Part shown: positions 36,807 to 49,899 of the stretch, in pieces | Numbering within the stretch: position 1 is the first letter of the stretch | How the letters are laid out: the number at the start of each line of letters is the position of its first letter | From: Squalus acanthias | Taxonomy: Eukaryota | Assembly: GCA_030390025.1 (NCBI GenBank) | Contig: CM059432.1 | Coordinates: 81,470,001-81,534,000 of the forward strand | Reading direction: 5' to 3' | DNA: 64,000 bases | Made by a program: the position numbers and the translations under genes | Notes under the pieces: model-generated | The model's input: the letters and a program-made list of their open reading frames with translations, nothing else | What the model was told of the DNA's origin: nothing | The model's database searches: none

Positions 36807-38031
36807 GGGGGGTGCAATTAGATTCGACCCGAAAATGGGCGCAGGGATTGCAATCAGCCCGCGCTCGTTGAAAGGAGTGCAGGCAGCATGTAAAATTCGT
36901 GCTGCCTACTAATTATAATGATGGCAGCGCACAGCCCAGCACTGAGCGCGCTGCTGACTGGCTGTACGCTCAGCAGGGGGTTGAAGTTTGCGATGTTCGC
37001 GCGAGGCTAGCTTTACTTAAAGCTTTATTTAAGGCTAGCCTGTGCCTCTTAAAGGCAGCCTGCACCTCTGAAAGGAGAGCTGCCTTCTGGTGATCAAAAA
37101 TTTTAAAACTGCTTCAGCACAAACCAAAATGGCTCAACAGGCCAGGGAAGCGGCACCCAGGGTCTCGGGACGCAGCCCTCGAAGCTTTGTGCAGGGGGCA
37201 AATATTTGAAGAGAGGTCCTCTACCCACAGGGGTCTAGGAAGCCGTCCTGAAACACTGTAAGCAGGATGTGAGACCAGATCGCCGAGGCGGTGACTGCCA
37301 GCTGTGTCACCCCCAGGACGTGGCTCCAGTGCCAAAAGAAGTTTAATGACCTCAGACGAGTGGTCTAGGTCATTGAATGCATCTTTAAAAGCCGTCTCCT
37401 ACCACTGCACCACTAGCCTCACACACTATTCAATGCACGACACCCCCATCGCTCACCTACCAACAATTTCTACCAAACATGACTCATACCTCACGCTCAT
37501 AGCTTCACCTCACTTGCACACACATACTACTGCTGCACATCTCACAGCTTGAACACACTGTCAGCTATTCAACCATGACAGCCATATCACCCAAACACAT
37601 TACACCACACTCACTAACACACTTCCCTTTCTCCTGCAGGCTCGCCTGCATCACTTCACTCCCCATGGAAGAGACGGTGTTGGTCATTCTTGACAGGAGC
37701 ATAGCTGAGCCCATGGCCAACGGCGGGGCTGAAAAAATCCAAGATGCCGGTTTCCTCATACATTATCCTCCTTCTCACATCCCACTTCCCCCTTATCCCA
37801 CAATCTCTTCTGATTTACAAGCTGCACATGGTGTAAGCATGCAGCTCTTGCTTTACACGATCTGCTTCATTTACATTCTTCTGCCACACACAGGCAGCAG
37901 CCGTGCTACAGACCTGCCCTAAATGATGATTGCCACAGCCCACACCAGAAGTGGACAGAAGCGAGGCGGCCTCTATTTTTCTGCCGAAACCAGCCTTAAA
38001 TGCCAGCGCTAATAGGGGGGATTTCATGGCC
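36807..38031 (+). mobile_element. Degenerate Harbinger derivative with Myb exon remnants
   Basis: 37128-37370 reads MAQQAREAAPR...PRTWLQCQKKFNDLRRVV. Acceptor ctcctgcag near 37639; decayed G-rich TIR-like ends. Confidence 0.6.
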
Positions 38032-39269
38032 ATAGTAATTAGGTACATGTGGATTCAGTAGACGGATCGTGGGAAGGACCAAGTTGCAATTGGAAATTTG
38101 GGTGGTTCGTTTTTGGGATACAAAATTGGTAGAAGCTGCTTCAATTTATTGGTCAGTCAGGAATTGTCCCAATTTTAGGCCCTAGAAGCACCCAAAACAG
38201 TATGGAATTTTGGGATCATGTCATTGGGATGCAGTAATAAAAAGTAGGAACTGTGGCAGCCATGTTTTTAGTGGACAGGGTAACTGTACTTGTCTCAAAA
38301 TAAATTTGGCACTGGATACAAACTTGGCATTCAGGGATGTTAGGGCAGGACAAAACTGCTCTGTTGTGATGGCCCCCATGATTAAATTACCTGCTCACAC
38401 CCACTTCCAAGGCTCATGGAAGGCACCCATAGAACAGCAAGGCAACAAAAGGTGTGCCTCCAAAATAGAAGAGGAGAAAAGTGTAGAAGTTTTTCCTCTT
38501 AAAAAAAACCTGCTAGTGATATTTCATTTTTATATATGCATGCCTAAGGCATGAAGCATCTGTGTGTGAACTGTGGCCTCCATCCACTAAGATCGTGTGG
38601 CTTGCAGCAAATTTGCAGTAAATTCAATCTATGCAAGAAGTTTGATGAATATTACTGCACAACTATTCAAGTTAACTTCTACTGAAAAATCTGCAGAGTT
38701 GCAAATGTAACTGAAGGAAACTATCAAAGAGCCGGATAATGCCACATAAGTGATGGATCTGCAAGGAATTCTCGCCATGTAGTCCATTATGTTTGCTGAA
38801 ATCGACAAATTTGCTGCTAGGTTCAGAAAAAGAAACATTCAACTTAACAAAGTCGATGGCCTCATTTGCTACAAAAGATTTGTAATACCTTTCTTTAAAT
38901 ACAGTCATAAATCGGGGAATGCAACCTTTGTAGAGTTTGAGCCTCTGGGGTCAGTTTTTTGACTATGTCCACCTCAGAGACTTCAGTAAGAGTTAGCAGT
39001 AGATCCAATGTGAAGTAGTTGCCTATTTTGTGTTTTCTTCTTGAATTAGTCTAGACATTTCAAATAAAATAAAAGATTTTTTACAAATGAAAGTGCTATG
39101 CATTCTAAATTAGGTCTCTTTTGTGTTTAGCATGAGGTAGTTTTGACAAAGATGAATCATTTTGTTGATCAGACTAAGTGGGTATCCTTTCACTGTGGGC
39201 CCTCCTTGACATGCTGAAGCTGCTTTTTCATCAAGTCAGGGTTGTCTCCACAGATAGAAGGGGCTCTGT

Positions 39270-39400
39270 CTTCTCGTGACCAGTCTTTACTGTCTGGTGG
39301 TGACTGGATAGCAAATGCAAATAAGGGTCAGTATGTGCAGATCTTCCATAGACTCCAAATTCTAGGAAACTGTTTTCCTTTCTAGTAACCATGGCACCTG
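39270..39400 (-). mobile_element. Old Penelope-like RT C-terminal fragment
   Basis: VYGRSAHTDPYLHLLSSHH resembles the PLE motif VYRKPTHTDxYLxxxSxHP. Confidence 0.45.
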
Positions 39401-40665
39401 GCAGTGTTGCCTCTTCTCCTTTAACACTGTGATGCTTTTTACAGAGGGATGAATACTGTTTAGAAAATTCTTGAAATGTTCTAGACTTGGCTTCAGGCAG
39501 GTGTAGACAGCACACAAGGACCACAGGTAAAAAACTTGCTCATTTTTTCTTCTTATGCGAAAATAATGGATTCTTTGTTTTTAACAAAAGATCTCTCATC
39601 TGAGTTGGTGATGCACAACCTTCCTTTTTTTTAAATGGGGTTCGCCAGTCTTCGTGGATTTTTATTATTTATTAAGCGTTACCATGTCACAAAATTTGTG
39701 ATTCATGCCTAGGAGATCTTTTCTGAGTCAAGACAGAAAGCTGTACTATTTCTATTTTAATTGTCTTTCGAACCAAGCCTATTCTGAAAAGGTTGCTTCC
39801 CATTGGGAGTTCATGCTGCTGGTATTCACAGGTGCAATAAAATAAGCCCTTCTTGGTTTGATTTTTTTCAAAGGAGCAGTTCTGACAGGTTTGCATTGTG
39901 ACAGGAATCATCACTAATACAGCAAATCTTACAGGAAAATTATGCAATAATACCTTCCAGGACACCAAACATGATTCGATGCTGGCCTGTGATGAGATTC
40001 CCATGCTCAGAGCAGTATTCCATGCAGTATTCAATCTTTATGCATGTACTTATCTATAGAAATGTTAATCCTTCTTATAACTAGTTAAAACCTCAAATGT
40101 GTTTCCTAAGCATTCTTCACTATGCCCCTTCTCGAACTTTCCCTTTATTTGAAGTATTTATTGCTCCCTGTGGAACCAATTTCCCTGTCTTCACTAATAT
40201 TTACAATAATCTACTTCCATATTACTGTGAAAAGTGTGCAATAACAGGATAAGTAATCTTTGCTTTGCTAAAGGCATAATGAGGGAAATCTTGGTCTCCT
40301 TAATGCCCTATTTGTGTTCAAAAATAGGGCAGTAGCAGATGGAGTTGGAGTCCAAGTTCTTCGCACTCAGCTGGTTGCAGAACTTGCCTGAATTTCAAGA
40401 TGGAGAGTAATTCCTAGTGGACAGAGCTCCCATCTGAAACAGGCAGGAACCTCATGAATATGTGCAAATCTGGGTTACGTGATGTCATTATAACACTGAC
40501 ACAATTTCCCAACCTTACCACCTGACTAACACCACTTCCTGCTCTCTTCCATAAGCCATAAATTGTAGAAGTTCTGAGGTGATCATTTCATATGTGATTT
40601 AAAGGGATGCTGAGCTGCTCTCAGGTAAAGTTATGTCCCCTGATGGTATTTTGTGAGAACGTTAC

Positions 40666-40802
40666 TGTAATATATGTAGGTAGAACAAATGAAGGACAGA
40701 GACACGATGAGTTGCTAGTCCATGTGCTTCCTTTATTAGGCCAGAGCGAACTGAGCATGCTCATACCAAACCATGTGACAAACCATGTGATAATACATTA
40801 CA
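40666..40802 (-). repeat. 3' LTR
   Basis: tgtaat...attaca termini; adjacent PPT (minus strand aaggggggaaagcag, 40803-40817). Confidence 0.95.
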
Positions 40803-41149
40803 CTGCTTTCCCCCCTTAAAAAAATATATGTATTCCCCTCTCAAATAGAACAAAACTATGGTCCCACCTTTCCCAGCATTACATGTACTACATAACAAAA
40901 GCTCCAGGCTTTTTGTCTTTTAAATGAACTACAAATCCTACAAATGAACTACAAATCCAGTTTAATAACAGGTTTGCGGAGCCTTCCTGATCTCCTTACA
41001 GAAGGTTTTATTGTTGAACCAATTTTTGGGCCGTTTTGTTTTGGTTCTGAACTCAAAGATAATTCTGTTTCTATCTCAGTATTGTTTGAACCTGGTACTT
41101 CAGTTACTGAAGTCTGAACTGAGTCAAACTCATGTATATGTTCATGATC

Positions 41150-43160
41150 AAGTCAAGATCACTGTCCAATCCAGGCCAGTAAACAAAGCTTCTTGAAATT
41201 GATTTCATACTGACAATCCCTGGATGTTCAGTATGAAGTTCGGCCAGAATTCTATCTCTCCAAGAAGTAGGTACCACCACTCTGTTTCCCCACTTGATAC
41301 AACCTTGCTCACAAGACAATTCAGTATGACGGTTATGGAATGGTTTCAATTCTGTGTCCATACATTGATCAGTCCATCCATTCAAGGTGTTTTCATACAC
41401 TCTTTTCAGTACTGAGTCCTTTTGAGTCTCATGTGCAATCTCAGTTGCATTCACGGGAAAGTCTTTGTCAACTGCAGCTAGTGTGAAAATCTCACCTTCA
41501 CTCCCAACACATGAGTCTTCATGTGGCAACCTGGACAAGGCATCTGCGATTGCATTTTGCTTTGAAGTGCGATATTCAATCATGCAGTCATATTGTGACA
41601 ACAACACTGCCCAATGTTGCATTCTTGATGCGGCCATTTCAGGAATGGTAGATTTGGGCCCCAATATTGCTAGGAGCGGTTTGTGATCAGTTATCAGGGT
41701 AAACTTTCTGCTGATCAGGAACTGTTGGAATTTCTTGATTCCAAACGCTATAGCGAGTGCCTCCTTTTCAATTTGCACGTAGTTTCTTTCGCTTTTTGTG
41801 AGGGTTCGCGATGCAAATGCGATTGGTTTCTCTTGGCCATCATCCATTACGTGGCTTATGACAGCTCCCACACCGTAGCTGGAAGCATCACACGCTAACT
41901 TAAGCTCACGCTCTGTGTCGTAGTGCACAAGTAGAGCATCGCTAGAGAGACTTCTCTTACAAGCATCGGAAGCTTCCTATTGCACTTTTGTCCACTTCCA
42001 CTGGACATGCTTCTTGAGGAGCTCGTGCAATGGAGCTAACGTGGTCGTTAACTCAGGTAAGAAACGTGCATAGTACTGGACCATTCTAAGGAACAATCTT
42101 AACTCAGACAAGTTCTGTGGCTTTGGAGCATTGATGACAATATCAACCTTTTCATTCACTGGTTGCAAACCATTTGCATCAACTTTGAGACCAAGGTACA
42201 CAACCTCGGGCTGCACAAAAGCACATTTGCTCCTTTTCAATTTGACGTTGTGGGCATTCAACCTTCGAAGCACTATATCTAACACTTCTAGATTTTATTC
42301 CTCGCTGCTTGTTGCGATCAGCATATTGTCTTGATTGCATAAGCAATTTGGAACTCCTTGCAAAATCTTATCCATCGTAGCCTGGAAGATTTTGGGGGAA
42401 GACTTTACACCGTACGGCAGCTTGGTGTATGAGTAGAGTCTCTTGTGTGTATTGATGGTGAGATACTGTTGACTCTCTTTGTCAACATTCAGCTGAGCGT
42501 AAGTGTGTGACAGGTCAAGCTTGGAGAAAATCTTGTAATGGGTACTGCTTATCGTCAAATGCTTGGTTGATAGTAATTTGTAGTCTCCATACAAGCGTAC
42601 AGTTTTGTCTGCTTTGGGCACTACCACAATCGGGGTAGCCCATTCACTTTTGTCAGTTTTTACTAGCACTCCGTTATCTCTCAGCTTCGTTAGCTCTTCC
42701 TCCACCTGACTTTTCAATGCATAGGGGCCCAGCCTTGCCTTACAATAGACAGGCTTCACATTGGACTTGATGCGGATATGCGCGTCATACCCAGTGATGC
42801 CCTCATAACTGTCTTTGAACATGCTTTCATACTTGTTCAGCATTTTGTCGAGTCGCTTCTTTGAAGCATCTACACTGAAGACATTTTTCCAGTCTAGTTT
42901 TAACTTTCTCAACCAGTCTTTACCTGTGAGGGTTGGCCTGTTGTTGTAGGTCGCTACAATAGTAGGCAGCTTTACTGACTGACCATTGTGTTGAACTGTA
43001 CATTCCATTTGTCCACATGTCTCTAGGATTTCTCCAGAGTAGGTTTTTAACTCTACAGTACTCTTTGTAAGTGTTACTTGATTAAACTTACTCTCCTATG
43101 TGTCCTTACTCATGATAGACCAGTCCGCTGCCGTGTCGATACACATATCAATATATTGCT
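41150..43160 (-). pseudogene. Gypsy pol (protease-RT-RNase H-integrase N-terminus), frameshifted
   Basis: IDTAA protease motif near 43130; WATPIVVVPK, FSKLDL, LPYGVKSSP, ACDASSYGVGAV, EKEALAI, TDHKPL, LHTEHPGI. Confidence 0.9.
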
Positions 43161-43349
43161 CGTTGATCAAAAGTTTTGTACAGAAGTCTTTCTCATGACT
43201 GCTAGCATTGCCACTAGTGGCACAGATACTGTAGATGCCTAGTTCTTCAACATCAGGTGTGTTCACTTCAATATTGTGAACTCCTCCCTTTTGTTATCAC
43301 TGCTTTGCATTGCCACTAGAATGGTTCTTACTTCCTGATTTAGTTCTCG

Positions 43350-44138
43350 CTCTGCAAGCTGTTGAAATATGGCCTTGCTTCTGGCAGTGAAAACACTTTG
43401 CATTTCTATATTGGCAGGTCTGTGGTGAGTGATTTCCATTGCAGCGATAACAATTCACTGACCCAGTCTCATAGCTTTAGGTTCGGCGGTGGCTTTGTGT
43501 CTGTAGACCTCAGCTGCACTAGTCACTTGAGTTGGACGGAGCTCCCTAGCATTCTTAGACACCATCTCCATAGATAGGGCAATTTTGCATGCTATGTCAA
43601 ATGTTAGGTTCGGAGTGTTCAGTAACTTGGACTGTGTGCGCTCATCCACCAGTCCACACTCAAACTTATTTCGCAACACACGACCCAAAAATGTGCTGAA
43701 GTTACAATGCAAAGACAGGTTCTTAAGAGCTACAATGTACTTACTGATGGTTTCACTTTGTTTTTGCTTTCTGGTACCAAACTTATAGCTCTCTGCTATT
43801 TCTAATGGCTTTGGGTCCAAATGGTCCTCGAGTTTCTCGACAATGTCTTCAAACGACGCATCCTTCGCTTTCCCTGGTGCGAGTAGGTTTGTCAACGTTC
43901 CATAGACATCTGGCCCGATCTCCGTTAGAAAAATTACTTTTTTACATTCACAAATTACTTTATTTTGAGCTTGAACATTCTCATCTGCTCCTTCGGTCTC
44001 AATAATATTATTGGCTCCAAAAAACATCTCCATCCGCTCAATGTAAGAACTGAATGGTTCGCGAGATTGGTCATAAATACCAAAGTTACCGATGAATCCC
44101 GTAGGTGCGGCCATGATTGTCCCAATCCCGTCGATCAT
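43350..44138 (-). pseudogene. Gypsy gag with two zinc knuckles
   Basis: ORF 43455-44138, followed out of frame by CYRCNGNHSPQTC...CFHCQKQGHISTAC. Confidence 0.88.
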
Positions 44139-44321
44139 TGACTCGGCGCACTACCTGTGTACCTGTGAGAATCAATGCCGCCAACATGAAGGTGAAGCAC
44201 AGATGATTCTGCATGAGCATTAACAGTAAAACATCACAAAAATTCAGTTTAGGTGTCACAAATTCACCTTAAACTTTTCAACTCGAAGGTTGAACACTGT
44301 GTCCTTCTAATATCCCTAAAA

Positions 44322-44339
44322 ATCCCATCCTCGTTGCCA
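44322..44339 (-). other. Primer-binding site, complementary to the tRNA-Ser(GCU) 3' end
   Basis: Minus strand tggcaacgaggatgggat lies 3 nt from the 5' LTR. From memory, vertebrate tRNA-Ser(GCU) ends ...AUCCCAUCCUCGUCGCCA (17/18 match). Confidence 0.8.
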
Positions 44340-44342
44340 AAA

Positions 44343-44478
44343 TGTAATATATGTGGGTAGAACAAATGAAGGACAGAGACACGATGAGTTGCTAGTCCAT
44401 GTGCTTGTTTTATTAGGCCAGAGCGAACTGAACATGCTCATACCAAACCATATAACAAACCATGCATAATACATTATA
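44343..44478 (-). repeat. 5' LTR
   Basis: About 8 substitutions and 1 indel versus the 3' LTR; followed by the TSD gttac. Confidence 0.95.
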
Positions 44479-44539
44479 GTTACAGACAAAATTATCCGAG
44501 ACAAATGCTGGCAGCGAGGTAACTCACCCCCCACCAGTG

Positions 44540-47500
44540 TGTAATGGTAGCGTAGTGGTAATGTCACTGGGCTAGTAATCCAGAGGCCTGGACTAATGAT
44601 CCAGAAACATGAGATCAAATTCCACCACGGCAGCTGGAATAAAAAGCTAGTATCAGTAATGGTAACCATGAAACTATCAGATTGTTGTAAAAACCCATCT
44701 GGTTCACTAATGTCCTTTGGGAAATCTGCCATCTTTACCTGGTCTAGCCTATATGTGATTCCAGACCCACAGCAATGTGGTTGACTCTTAACTGCCCTCA
44801 TAGTTGTAACAAATTGCTATGAAACACAATAATAAGAATGAAACCGGATGGACCATGTGGCATTGACCGTCATGGACACAGCAACAGCCCAGTCAACCCT
44901 GCAAAGTCCTCCTCACCAAAGTCCCACAGACTAGTCAAGCAACAACCTGACATAGTCATACTCACAGAATCATACCTTTCAGCCAATGGTCCAAACTCCT
45001 CTGCCACCATCCCTGGGTATGTCCTGTCCCACTGGTGATGGAGGAGTTTGGGACCAGGGTGGCACAGTGGTATACAGTCGCGAAGGAGTGGCCCTGGGAG
45101 TCCTCAACATTGACTCCGGACCCCATGAAGTCTCATGGCTTCCGGTCAAGCAATGGACAAGGAAACCTCCTGCTGATTACCACCTACCGCCCTCCCTCAG
45201 CTGATGAATCAGTACTCCTCCATGTTGAACGACAATTGGAAGAAGCACTTAGAGTGCTAAATGGGATAGATTCAGAACAGATCTTTTGCAGCTCAAAACT
45301 GGGCATCCATGAGACACTGTGGGCCATCAGCAGCAGCAGAATTGTATTCCACCACAATCTGTAACCTCATGGCCTGGCATATCCCTCACTCTACCATTAC
45401 ATCAAGCCAGGGGACCAACCCTGGTTCAATAAGGAGTGTAGAAGAGCATAGAAGATAGGAGCAGGAGTAGGCCATTCGGCCCCTCGAGCCTGCTCCGCCA
45501 TTCAATGCGATCATTGCTGATCATCCAAATTCAGTACCCTGTCCCTGCTTTCTCCCCATATCCCCTAACTCCTTCTTGAATATATTTAATGAATTGGCCT
45601 CAACTGCCTTCTGTGGTAGAGAATTCCACAGGTTCACCACTCTCTGGGTGAAGAAATTCCTCCTCATCTCAGTCCTAAATGGCTTACCCCTTATCCTTAG
45701 ACTGTGACCCTGGTTCTGGACTCCCCCGCCATCGGGAACAGCCTTCCTGCATCTAGTCTGTCTAGTCCTGTTAGAATTTTATAAGTTTCAATGAGATCCC
45801 CTCTCATTCTTCTAAACTCTAGCGAATATAAGCCTAATCAACCCAATCTCTCTTCATATGTCATTCCTGCCATCCCAGGTATCAGTCTGGTGAATCTTCG
45901 CTGCACTCCCTCCATGGCAAGAACATCCTTCCTCAGATAAGGTGACCAAAACTGCACACAATACTCAAGGTGTGGTCTCACCAAGGCCCTGTACAACTGC
46001 AGCAAGACATCCTTGCTCCTGTACTCGAATCCTCTCGCTATGGAGGCCAACATACCATTTGCCTTCTTAACCGCCTGCTGCACCTGCATGCTTACCTTCA
46101 GCGACTGGTGCACAAGGACACCCAGGTCTCGTTGCACTTCTCCTTTTCCCAATCTATTGCCGTTCAGATAATAATCTGCCTTCCTGTTTTTGCCACCAAA
46201 GTGGATAACCTCGCATTTATCCACATTATACTGCATCTGCCATGCATCTGCCCAATCACCCAACCGGTCCAAATCATAGTGGAGTTTCTCTGCATCCTCC
46301 CCGCAGCACACACGCCCACCCAGCTTTGTGTCGTCTGCAAACTTGGAGATATTACATCTAGTTCCCTCGTCTAGATCATTAATATATATTGTGAATAACT
46401 GGGGTCCTAGCACCGATCCCTGCGGTACCCCACTAGTCCAGCATGCCAGGAGCAGCAGCAGGCGTACCTAAAAATGAGGTGCCAACCAGGGGAAGCTGCA
46501 ACACTGGACTACATGCATGCTAAAAAGCGGAAGCAGCATGCTATAGACAGGGCTAAGCGATCCCACAATCGACAATGTGGAAAACTGCACAGGTATGTCC
46601 TGCCCACAAAAAGCAGGACAAATCCAATCCGGCCAATTACCGCCCCATCAGTCTACTCTCAATCATCAGCAAAGTGATGGAAGGTGTCATCGACAGTGCT
46701 ATCAAGCGGCACTTAATCACCAATAACCTGCTCACTGAAGCCCAGTTTGGGTTCCACCAAAACCACTCGGCTCCCGACCTCATTCCAGCCTTGGTCCAAA
46801 CATGGACAAAGGAGCTGAATTCCAGAGGTGAGGTGAGAGTGACTGCCCTTGACATCAAGGCAGCATTTGACTGAGTGTGGCATGAAGGAGCCCTTGTTAA
46901 ACTGAAGTCAATGGGAATCGGGGGGAAAACGCTCCACTGGCTGGAGTCATACCTAGCACAAAGGAAGATGGTTGTGGTGGTTGAAGGTCAATCATCACAG
47001 CCCCAGGACATCGGTGCAGGAGTTCCTCAGGGCAGTGTTCTAGGTCCAAATATCTTCAGCTGCTTCATCAATGGCCTTCCCTCCAACATAATGTCAGGAA
47101 TGGGGATGTTCGCTGATGACTGCACAGTGTTCAGTGCCATTCACAACTCCTCAGATAATGAAGCAGTCCATGCCCGCATGCAACGAGACCTGGACGACGT
47201 TCAGGCTTGGGCTGATAAGTGGCAGGTAACATTCGTGCCACAGAAGTGCCAGGTAATGACTATCTCCAACAAGAGAGAGTCTAACCACCTCCCCTTGACA
47301 TTCAACGGCATTACCATTGCCAAATCCCCCACCATTGACCAGAAACTTAACTGGACCAGCCACATAAATACTGTGGCAACAAGAGCAGGTCAGAGGCTAG
47401 GTATTCTGTGGCGAGTGTCTCACCTCCTGACTCCCCAAAGCTTTTCCACCATCTACAAGGCACAAGTAAGGAGTGTGATGGAATACTCTCCACTTGCCTG

Positions 47501-47983
47501 GATGAGTACAGCTCCAACAACACTCAAGAAGCTCGACACCATCCAAGACAAAGCAGCCCGCTTGATTGGCACCCCATCCACCACCTTAAACATTCACTCC
47601 CTCCACCACCGGCGTACCGTGGCTGCAGTGTGTACCATCTACAAGATGCACTGCAGCAACTCGCCAAGGCTTCTTCGGCAGCACCTCCCAAACCTGCGAC
47701 CTCTTCCATCTAGAAGGACAAGGGCAGCAAGCGCCTGGGAACACCACCACCTCCAAGTTCCCCTCCAAGTCACACACCATCCTGACTTGGAAGTATATCG
47801 CTGATCCTTCATCGTCGCTGGGTCAAAATCCTGGAACTCCCTACCTAACAGCACCTTCACCACACAGATTGCAGCGGTTCAAGAAGGCGGCTCACCACCA
47901 CCTTCTCAAGGGCAACTAGGGATGGGCAATAAATGCTGGCCTTGCCAGCGACGCCCACATCCCATAAACGAATAATAAAAAAA
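44540..47983 (+). mobile_element. Near-full-length LINE-A with tRNA-like 5' head, APE endonuclease and RT remnants, internal deletions, and a nested CR1
   Basis: A box tagcgtagtgg at 44548 and degenerate B box near 44611. Coding motifs QQPDIVILTESYL, TIPGY, GGTVVY, TYRPPS, PWFN; RT ORFs 46575-47804; A-rich tail. Confidence 0.85.
45450..46439 (-). mobile_element. CR1 3' portion nested in LINE-A
   Basis: ORF 45838-46413 (FADDTKL, LVRPHLEYC); TSD agcat (45445-49 / 46440-44). Confidence 0.93.
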
Positions 47984-49242
47984 GTGATTGTCTGATTTGC
48001 TCTGGCAGGAGGTGTGACTCACCACCAAGCTTCAGATTGATATAGAATTCAGAACTACTGCTTTGGTGTTCATGGCATAAACATGTGGGATACTCAAAGA
48101 CTAGTCACATCTCTCTAATACTGTCGAGGGTGGATTTTAGCATGTAGTAGACTTGGGTGTCCAAGCTTTTTCCTGAATGTGCTGCTTAGATACATATCAT
48201 GGAGCCTTGGGGTACTCGTATAAAATTGAAATGCATGCTCTCATTAATTTGCATATAACTAAAGTTGCTGATACTAACAGATCTTGGTGTTCTGTTTTAG
48301 GATTTATCCACCAAGAAGGCAACAGCTCTGTAAACCAAACCTCCAGGCCTATAAAATTCAAACAAGCAAACCAGCAAATAAGAAATATAAGCACAGATGG
48401 GACCGAGCTGTCAAGGCTTGGGGCTGTTTATGGCCTTCGGGCTGCAGGTTGGGCACCTCTGCAGTAGACCATCCTCATCGAGTCTGGATTAATTGGGACG
48501 GTACAAATTCCAGGAAAAGAGTTGGATACTGAATGTTCCTTCCAGCCCCAATGAGAGTAGGCCATATATAAACAGCCCCCATTCCAGAAAAATGGGTCAA
48601 GGTCATGACGGGGTTGACGAGGTGGGTGGAAGTCCTGCCCCAACCTTCCTCCATCTACCAAGGCATTTCCACATTTTAGCAAATGCTATAGCACATCTTT
48701 CATCAATCCAGGGCGATGAGCCAATGCCAATATTTAAATAGGATATGCTGTTTTTCAGCACTGAATATGATGTGTTTGGTCTGAGTTCAGATGAAATCTG
48801 GATGTTTTTGAAGGGTAGGTGGGATACCCATCCAAGGGAGCAACTTCCTGCTTGAAATTATTCCATTTGGCCCTAACGACCCTTGCGGTTGGTGTTCCTT
48901 TCAACATACCACGAAAGTCTGCTTGGTACCAAACCAAGTTATGGTCAAACAGACCATCAAATACTAACATTTCTTTTCCACAAACTTGTCATTGAACAAT
49001 CTAGCACGCACATGCAGTGCTGTACATAAATCAGATTCAGCTATTTAGTATTGTACAAAACTGAGCCCATTGGTTCTCTGCTTATAGCATGGATATCACC
49101 TTTAGGTGCCTGAATTCTGCCCAGAATTCGCCAGCTTGGACAAGTGGATTCAGATTGTCACCTTTCTCTGCCATAACAAAATAGGTCCTTTGATACTGGT
49201 GGGCGGGCTTTACGGGGCGGGGGGGTGGGGGGGTGCGGCGTG

Positions 49243-49890
49243 GGGGTAGAATTTCTGCTTTGGGCCCAATAGCCAATTCCGGCGCAAATTGAGCCCAAAA
49301 CTGCGCTCGTTTTGAAAAGTTTTTTCTCCCTGAGTTTCCACTCAAACTCATTTGCATATCGCCAAATGCAAAATCTGCCATGAACCAATGTAATCAGGCA
49401 GCGTTTTAAAACGTCATTTCTTAAAAAAAAATTTGCTTTAAAAAATATTCCTTAATATATTTGAGTGGTAACTTGATAAAGTGTGATTAATACAGCTGAA
49501 AATGGGTTTATCACAAAAAATAGGTATTTTTAATCAGTGTCAATGCACTACCTCTGAGTAACCTGATTTTAAATTACTGAAAATTACTTTTTAAAAATAT
49601 ATAAAACTATTTTCTAGTTAGATTGGAGTACAGTAGTCAGTTCCTTAGTAAATTTTTAAAAATACTTTCAAAACCTTTTAAAATGTGCCTGTTGGTGTCC
49701 TTGCGCCCAAAAGATCCAGCCTAATTTTTAGAGCCTCCTCAAAGGCCTGCAAACCAGTGCAATTAGTGGAAACTCCCTGTGGTGATTAACTCACCCTGGG
49801 GGCAGGGCCAGTTTGCGTTGGACACAATTTGCACTTAAAATTCCGTGATCTTTTGCACCAGTTATGCCGATTTTAGACAAACTGAAAGTG
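49243..49890 (+). mobile_element. MITE family M2, second copy (right end decayed)
   Basis: Colinear with 10210-11423 once the LINE insert is removed. Confidence 0.8.
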
Positions 49891-49899
49891 CCTAATTGA

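Larger units (their letters stand above)
40666..44478 (-). mobile_element. Gypsy/Ty3 LTR retrotransposon, Mag-like, defective
   Basis: ~137-bp LTRs (40666-40802, 44343-44478), TSD gttac, PBS and PPT. Gag, two CCHC knuckles, PR, RT, RNase H and a truncated IN are present. Confidence 0.95.

Noticed and set aside
48750..48960. Ancient RTE-like fragment (TARVVRAKWNNFKQ)
   Set aside because: Too degenerate to call by eye.
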